Positions 57,900-64,000 of a stretch of DNA of 64,000 nt are shown here, piece by piece; the stretch's first letter is position 1; each line of letters begins with the position of its first letter. The position numbers were made by a program, and so were the translations under genes. The DNA comes from Dimargaris cristalligena (lineage: Eukaryota): NCBI GenBank assembly GCA_003614675.1, contig ML002209.1:1-64000 (forward strand), written 5' to 3'. The notes below the pieces were generated by a model. That model was not told the origin of the DNA, searched no databases, and saw only the letters and a list, made by a program, of their open reading frames with translations.

Positions 57900-59338
57900 A
57901 TGGCCCGTATAGCTAAACGTGCCCCCAAAAAGCCCTTCCAAGGAGGCGACTTTGTCATTAAAAATAACGACAAGCCGACCGCATCGGACGAGGCTAAAGA
58001 AGGGCGCAAACCCTACGCCAGAAACTCGGACGGCCCACGGCGGGGAGGCCCGGCCGGACGGGGCAAACCTAGAATATCGGGTAAGTGAACCATGATACTA
58101 AAACTAATTAGATAAATTGCCCTAGTATTGCACCCCCGAGCAGGCTATGTTCCTGAAAGACGGATGTTGTCTATATATATATATATTTATATATATATTT
58201 ATCAATTTAATGATTAGTGGGTCAGAAATTCATCTCTATATAATATGCCTCATCTCAATGCACCTCTTTCAGCCGGTACCAAGTGGCGGGACGCCAAATT
58301 TAGCAATGTAAGGCAAAATAATTAAGTATACCTTTGCTAGTCTTCGGTATAGCCAGATACTATATCCATCGAGTAACAGGGTAAACCACCCCAACCGGAT
58401 AGTTCATTCATTTGATTGAGCAAATGACAGTATCTTGTTAACCAAACTCACCTTGACGACTCACTTTCTACCCAACCCTACTTCCCGTACCTCCATATAA
58501 CTCCTCCATGCAGAAAAAACAATGCTTTGCTTGTCGGTCGCGGGCCCATCTCACCGCCGACTGCCCCAAGGGTAAAGAAATGGGGGTCGGGTTCTGCTTT
58601 CACTGCCGCTCGCCCGACCACACCTCGCGGAACTGTGATCTACCCAAATTGGACCAGACCTTCCAATACAGCCGCTGCTTCGTGTGTAAAGAGGAAGGCC
58701 ATTTATCGTCCCAATGCCCGAAAAACGAAAACGGCATTTTCGTCAAGGGAGGTGGCTGCCGCCTATGCGGGTCTAAACAACACCGTGCGCAGGATTGCAC
58801 GGCCCGCGAAGATGGTCAGTCGCTTACTTTCTCCTCCTTCTCTTTACATCTCGATTTTTTTGCATTATGTCTAATATACCAATGTTCCTAGTGACATATG
58901 GTACCTAAGATTCATCAGCGTAGGATACCATTAAGCCATTCAGCCCCATATCGACCCACGACGGAAGGGACACTCGAGTAGATGCACTTCCCGACTAGAA
59001 CGTGAAGTACCTCTACCATCAAAAAATAATAATAAGCATAGGCGAGGCTGCCTATTACCCCTCGTCACCCTTTAATTTAACCCTCACCCTCCTTTTTTTA
59101 AAAAAATTTCTTAATTGTGCACATTGTATCTTCCGACAACATTCCGTCTCTGGCGCCATACAATTTTTTCACAGATTTGGAATCCGGTAAAGTGGTGGGC
59201 ACTGGCTCTGGAAACCAAGGCGGCGACGACGATGACTATTATGAACATGAGTTCCGCGGCGATATCAACCAACAAACTCGGGTAGCTGCGAAGACCGAGC
59301 CCCCGACTAAAAAACCCACTAAGGTCGTCAATTTTTAA
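57900..59338 (+). CDS. ZCCHC9-like protein with four CCHC zinc knuckles, 226 aa
   Basis: Exons 57900-58080, 58273-58307, 58514-58814, 59175-59338 (681 nt); CFACRSRAHLTADC, CFHCRSPDHTSRNC, CFVCKEEGHLSSQCPKNENGIFVKGGGCRLCGSKQHRAQDC; GGDDDDY; KVVNF terminus. Confidence 0.88.
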
Positions 59339-61078
59339 TATCTATATTTTTGTAGTGCAGTTTGTATTGCATATACGTCTGTATGACGGATATATCCAAC
59401 TGGACATTGTAATTGCACTTCGGCTACTTTTATAATAAATCCGATTAGCCATAACCGCAAACCATCCCGAATGAATTTGCTATTTCGCCGTAGGGGTAGC
59501 CCCTCTAGTATTCTATGCAACGGGGGATTTTTGAACAATGGCCAGCGCACCTAGGCAAAGGACTAAAGCAGGTGCGAGGCTTCGGTTCGTGAATTTCACC
59601 ATCTAAGGCAAGGAAAATGATTTGTCCAAGCCCATGGACTGGAGGGGGGTCGGGTTAATCTTAGCTAAACTAGCCAGCGGATGTATCCGGCGCTACCTGC
59701 GGTAATGGATCCACCTTTTTGCTTTTGTATAGTTTCCCTATATGAAAAGATGAACCAAATGAGCGCGGCGTTCGGTCTCGCTGTTTTCCTTCAATGGAAC
59801 ATAACGGTTTCCTCCTGTTCACTAATATCTTCTATTCGCGAGATGTGGTTGGGCTGTTGATCGACAAGGGAAGGGGAGGGGGGCGGAGGAGAGAGGAAGT
59901 GAATAGCCGGCTTTCGCCTATTACCAAATGTAAACGGCCGTAATTTCTTTTACTCGTTCCATTTAAAACTCAGCCAGTGCGCTCCTCTTCTCGACAGTTG
60001 GTTGGTCGGTGGATATTGGGAATGGGCTGTACGACCGGTATTGGCGAGTCGCCGCTCAATTGAGAATTACCGAAAGCAACCTTCGCCTTCCGTTGCACTC
60101 GTTCATTTTCCCCCTTTCCCACTCCCTTGTTTTTATGTTGGCTTCGCTTTTACTTGACCAAGGCATATTTCGCCCTTACATACCTATGCGACAAACCTTA
60201 CTTGCTCTTCAAATCCCCCCTTTCCTCCACTAAACTAACCCTCGGCAGTGACCAAAGGGAAAGCAGTATATTTTCCCTCGGTCGGTTACTCCCCAATGGC
60301 CGTTTAAGGGGGAATTAGCCCTAACATGTGGACGGCAAGGGTTCTACTTTCGGTAGTCTTGTCGTGCTACCTCCCTTCGTACAGACTCTGTGGGCTGGTG
60401 GTCTATATGAATGAAGGCACAGGCGCAGGTAAGTGAACTAGTTCGCCCCTCCTCCTCAATGAGTTAGGTATTTATATCCCGTCGGCGCCACAAATCGCTG
60501 CAATATTCCCCCCCCTCCTACTCACTATTCCTCTCTTGTAAACGAATATTCACACCTGGACAGTGCCATACGAAGTTTCATCTCCTATAGGGTTTTTATG
60601 TATTTATTGAGTATTAATTATCTATTAGGCCATATCTCAGTCTATATCAAAACCATTTATTCGCTGCTAGATTAGAACAGTTTGTATGTAACGATTTGAG
60701 GGACTCATTATATGTACACCTACACCTTTTTATTTACTATTTTAACGACCAGCTTTTTTTTATTATTTTACATAGAGATACAGGGCGGTTATTAACGATA
60801 CTGTGGGGAGTATGGCCCTTAGCGATGCCATTGACGTCGCATTATAGTCTTGCTCATTAATTGCAATATTTTGGGAATATTCTTCAACATACTATTTTCC
60901 TGGTACAGTAACTAACACGTCTTATTTCACCCTTTATTTTGCACCATCGCCTACTCGTGCACTTCTACTGTTTTCGTTTGATTTTTATTATTTCGGGTGG
61001 GCATCTAAATTAGTACATGGATAACTAAATTACTGCGCCATTTCCAGTCCTATTTTAATATTAGTCAGTCCCCCTCCC

Positions 61079-61118
<40 letters not shown>
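61079..61118. repeat. (CA)6(TA)14 microsatellite ending 9 nt before the 7TM-RGS ATG
   Basis: Read directly. Confidence 0.9.
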
Positions 61119-61124
<6 letters not shown>

Positions 61125-61127
61125 ACC

Positions 61128-63140
61128 ATGCCGCCCGTACTCACCGACCACGGGTTCAACGAAATCCGGCACTTGGTGTACCTCCCCATCCTCTTCAGCT
61201 ACACCGTTTTTCACATCACCACCTCCACCCTGTATTACTTCCGGGTTCTCCCCGGCACCAAAATGCCGCGGTACATCACCATCATTAACCATACCGCGGC
61301 CCTAGGCCTCGGTATCACCATGTGTCTCAGCAATGCCTACCGTTTCCAATTCTCCTGCAGTATTAACCTCTGGGCCTACTATTTGTTCGTGCTGTCGTGG
61401 TGGATTACGTTTTTAGCGCGGACCGCCCATTTGAGTTTCCTGGCCCAGGCGAGTCACGCGAAACTGCACGTACCGGGCATTCGCACCCATCGGGAGGAGG
61501 CCGGCCCGGCGGCGGCGATGGAGGAGGCGTTCCGGTGTGCGGGACCGGCGGACGGAAAGGGGAAGGGGAAAGGCAGTGGTAATGAAAACGGGTACGGATA
61601 CGGAAAGACGGGAGCGCAACCCCGTCCGGCCGGCTTCCACCGGGTCCTCACGGCATTGGCCCGACGGTACACCTGGTCCCGTCTCCGCAAACTGTTGGCC
61701 GAACCGTCGCTCCTCCGCATCACGGGGGTCGCCACACTCATCGTCGTGATTTACTGTACCGTGGTCCAACTCGCCTCCCCGCATTTTCGGGCTAGTCCCG
61801 ACGGCGACGTGGGCTGTGGCCCCGTGGCCGAATTCCTGCCCTTATACCTCGCCCTGGGTTTCCTGGTCCTGGTCGTGTGTCCGTTTATTGTGTATTGCTT
61901 ACGCCCCATTCGGGACGCTTACGGTTTGAAACGGGACTTGACCATCACGGTGGTGGTGTGTTTCGTGGGGTTTTTGCTGTTCATGTTCATGGATATGGCC
62001 TTGGACCATTACGTGGAATACTTCGGAGGAAGTGTGTTTCTATTGTTGGGGTTCTTTATTATTCAAGTAACGACCGTGGTGATGCCCGTCCTGCAAACGT
62101 TCCGGCAAGGTAATGTTGGTGGGCCCCTTCCTCCGGCCCCTTCAGCAGCAGCAGCAGCAACAACGGCGGTGGCGTCAAAGGGAGGACCCCCCACCCCTAC
62201 TTTACCCCCCTTGCCACTGCCGTTTTCACCCTTATCGCATCCATCGGAATGGTTCACCCGCCATCGGACCTCCCCGCGTCCATACACTTGGGACGATTTC
62301 CTCCTAGTCGTGGGTTCCACGGAACGGTGCGGCCAACTGAAGCAGTGGGCCACCATGTCGTTTTGTAATGAATTGGTCATGTTTCTCGAAGACTACCAAC
62401 GTTTCAAAATGCACATTTTCCGGGTGCTGCAACTACCCATCCTTCCCGCCGCCACTACGGTGCCCGAGTCGATTACCGTTTCCCTGGGTACCCTAAATGG
62501 CGGAAAAGGGAATACGGGTGGTGGGAGTGGGGGTAGTAGTAGTAGTAGTAGTAGTAGTAGACGGTCCGAAGACGACCTTTGGCCCTCGTCCCGACCTTCC
62601 ACCAGTAATGATCCCCTATCGCTCATGGAACTACCCACCCCGGCCTACCAAACCATTCTCGAATCCCTCCAAGCCAATCAGACGTGGCTAAACGACCCCT
62701 CCATGACCCTGCCCAACTTATCCCAGGTCACCCTGAAGATGCCGGTGACTGCAACGATAACGACAAACTTGTCGTCGAAAACCTCCTCCCCAGCTAGTTC
62801 ACTCGCCGAAAAACTGGGCAGCGATGCTTTGAATTACCGTGCATTATCCCCCTCGCATTCCTCGACATCCTTATCCCGTATGCTGACTACCAATGAAGAT
62901 GGCCCGACAATGGTCCCGTTGGACTGTCAGGTTATGGCCCGCAATCTATTTCGGCGGTATATGGTAAGCACCAGCGATATGGTTCTCAATATTACGGGAA
63001 GCCTCCAGGACGCCATTACCGCCGAAATCAATGCAGAGAGATTTAGCGTCGAGATATTCGACCAAGCCCATCAGGAAGTCCTTCGGATGCTCTACCTTAA
63101 CGTTTTCCCAAAATATTGGAATAGCCCCACTGGTAACTAG
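61128..63140 (+). CDS. 7TM-RGS fusion protein (GprK/AtRGS1-like architecture), 670 aa
   Basis: Seven hydrophobic segments with IRDAYGLKRDL loop; RGS halves FLLVVGSTERCGQLKQWATMSFCNELVMFLEDYQRFK and ARNLFRRYMVSTSDMVLNIT...IFDQAHQEVLRMLYLNVFPKYW. Confidence 0.88.
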   Translation: MPPVLTDHGFNEIRHLVYLPILFSYTVFHITTSTLYYFRVLPGTKMPRYITIINHTAALGLGITMCLSNAYRFQFSCSINLWAYYLFVLSWWITFLARTAHLSFLAQASHAKLHVPGIRTHREEAGPAAAMEEAFRCAGPADGKGKGKGSGNENGYGYGKTGAQPRPAGFHRVLTALARRYTWSRLRKLLAEPSLLRITGVATLIVVIYCTVVQLASPHFRASPDGDVGCGPVAEFLPLYLALGFLVLVVCPFIVYCLRPIRDAYGLKRDLTITVVVCFVGFLLFMFMDMALDHYVEYFGGSVFLLLGFFIIQVTTVVMPVLQTFRQGNVGGPLPPAPSAAAAATTAVASKGGPPTPTLPPLPLPFSPLSHPSEWFTRHRTSPRPYTWDDFLLVVGSTERCGQLKQWATMSFCNELVMFLEDYQRFKMHIFRVLQLPILPAATTVPESITVSLGTLNGGKGNTGGGSGGSSSSSSSSRRSEDDLWPSSRPSTSNDPLSLMELPTPAYQTILESLQANQTWLNDPSMTLPNLSQVTLKMPVTATITTNLSSKTSSPASSLAEKLGSDALNYRALSPSHSSTSLSRMLTTNEDGPTMVPLDCQVMARNLFRRYMVSTSDMVLNITGSLQDAITAEINAERFSVEIFDQAHQEVLRMLYLNVFPKYWNSPTGN

Positions 63141-63539
63141 CCACCTGTACTTAGTATTAGATGTCATTCTATATAGTTAGACTATAATCAACCTTCCTAG
63201 TTAACTTGTACAATTACTCCCTCACACCCAACTTTCGGTTCAATAAATATATCTACGTACCTATATTTATATATACTTGGATATAACACAGTAAAGCGAT
63301 AATTGTGATGGATGGCTATCCTAAGACTAAATGAATAGGGTAATGATATATATATATATATATATATATATAAACGGGTAAAAAGATTTCAAACTCCGAG
63401 TAATATAGATGTAAATGATACTTAACCTAAATGAAGGTATAAAGAAAGTAGGGGTTTTTGGGGTTGAAATAGCTCTGACGAACACAAGGTGGACAACGAA
63501 ACCATCCTTTAGTAGAGCCCCCGGCGAGAGTACTGTGAC

Positions 63540-63570
<31 letters not shown>

Positions 63571-64000
63571 ATGTTTGTCCCAATCCCAAATCAGTCCATA
63601 GGGTATCACTGGTACGGGAGGTTTGCAGGCTTAGGTAAATATAAAGTATTCGAAACAAAAAGGGGGGAACGAGCATTTCAGGGATACGCTGAGTTTGACC
63701 AAAGTGATCTTTCTCCTCGAGAAAAGAAATCTATTGGATGAAAAGATATAAAGCTTGGAAGAAAAAACCACTGTGGCCAAAAAAAAATAATCTCCTACCA
63801 TACCAAAGCAATTCACTCCAGCGGCTTTTTTTTTATAAAAAAAATCGAAATATATCCAATAAAAAAATCGAACAATAGGATACTGCAAACGGCCACATGG
63901 CTCTCGAAAAGATAAAAGGCAGATCAGATTCTGGTCCGATTCATCCGTACCCTTCCTTCTCAGCTCAACATGACGACAAGCTGGGGCCTCGATCATACCT

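Overview
Eukaryotic (fungal) genomic DNA with GC-rich exons and GT-AG introns of about 70-400 nt. Gene content suggests an early-diverging, probably Zoopagomycota (Dimargaris-like) fungus; this taxonomy is inference only. I assembled 19 protein-coding loci by hand from splice signals. Tight housekeeping blocks contain an AZUL-domain E3 fragment, a PPR protein, FCF1, 6-phosphogluconolactonase, ICT1/Pth4, CLPTM1, CMS1, YOS1, AP-2 beta, VPS52, an ELMO-domain protein, a ZCCHC9-like protein and a 7TM-RGS protein. These alternate with gene-sparse accessory islands (~2-12 kb, ~25.5-31.5 kb, ~41.8-55.1 kb) carrying orphan secreted proteins. Most notable: (1) a spliced 598-aa protein with a signal peptide followed by an F-box motif, a candidate SCF-hijacking effector; (2) a stand-alone EgtD/EasF-family methyltransferase lacking the histidine-selecting residues; (3) two 583-bp copies of a degenerate LTR showing reciprocal CA/TG and other C>T decay inside CpG deserts; (4) two secreted genes interrupted by an in-frame TAA and a U_UUU_UUA-type frameshift; (5) two candidate intronic H/ACA snoRNAs; (6) an AP-2 beta that keeps its clathrin box and appendage. 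No tRNA, rRNA or CRISPR array was found.
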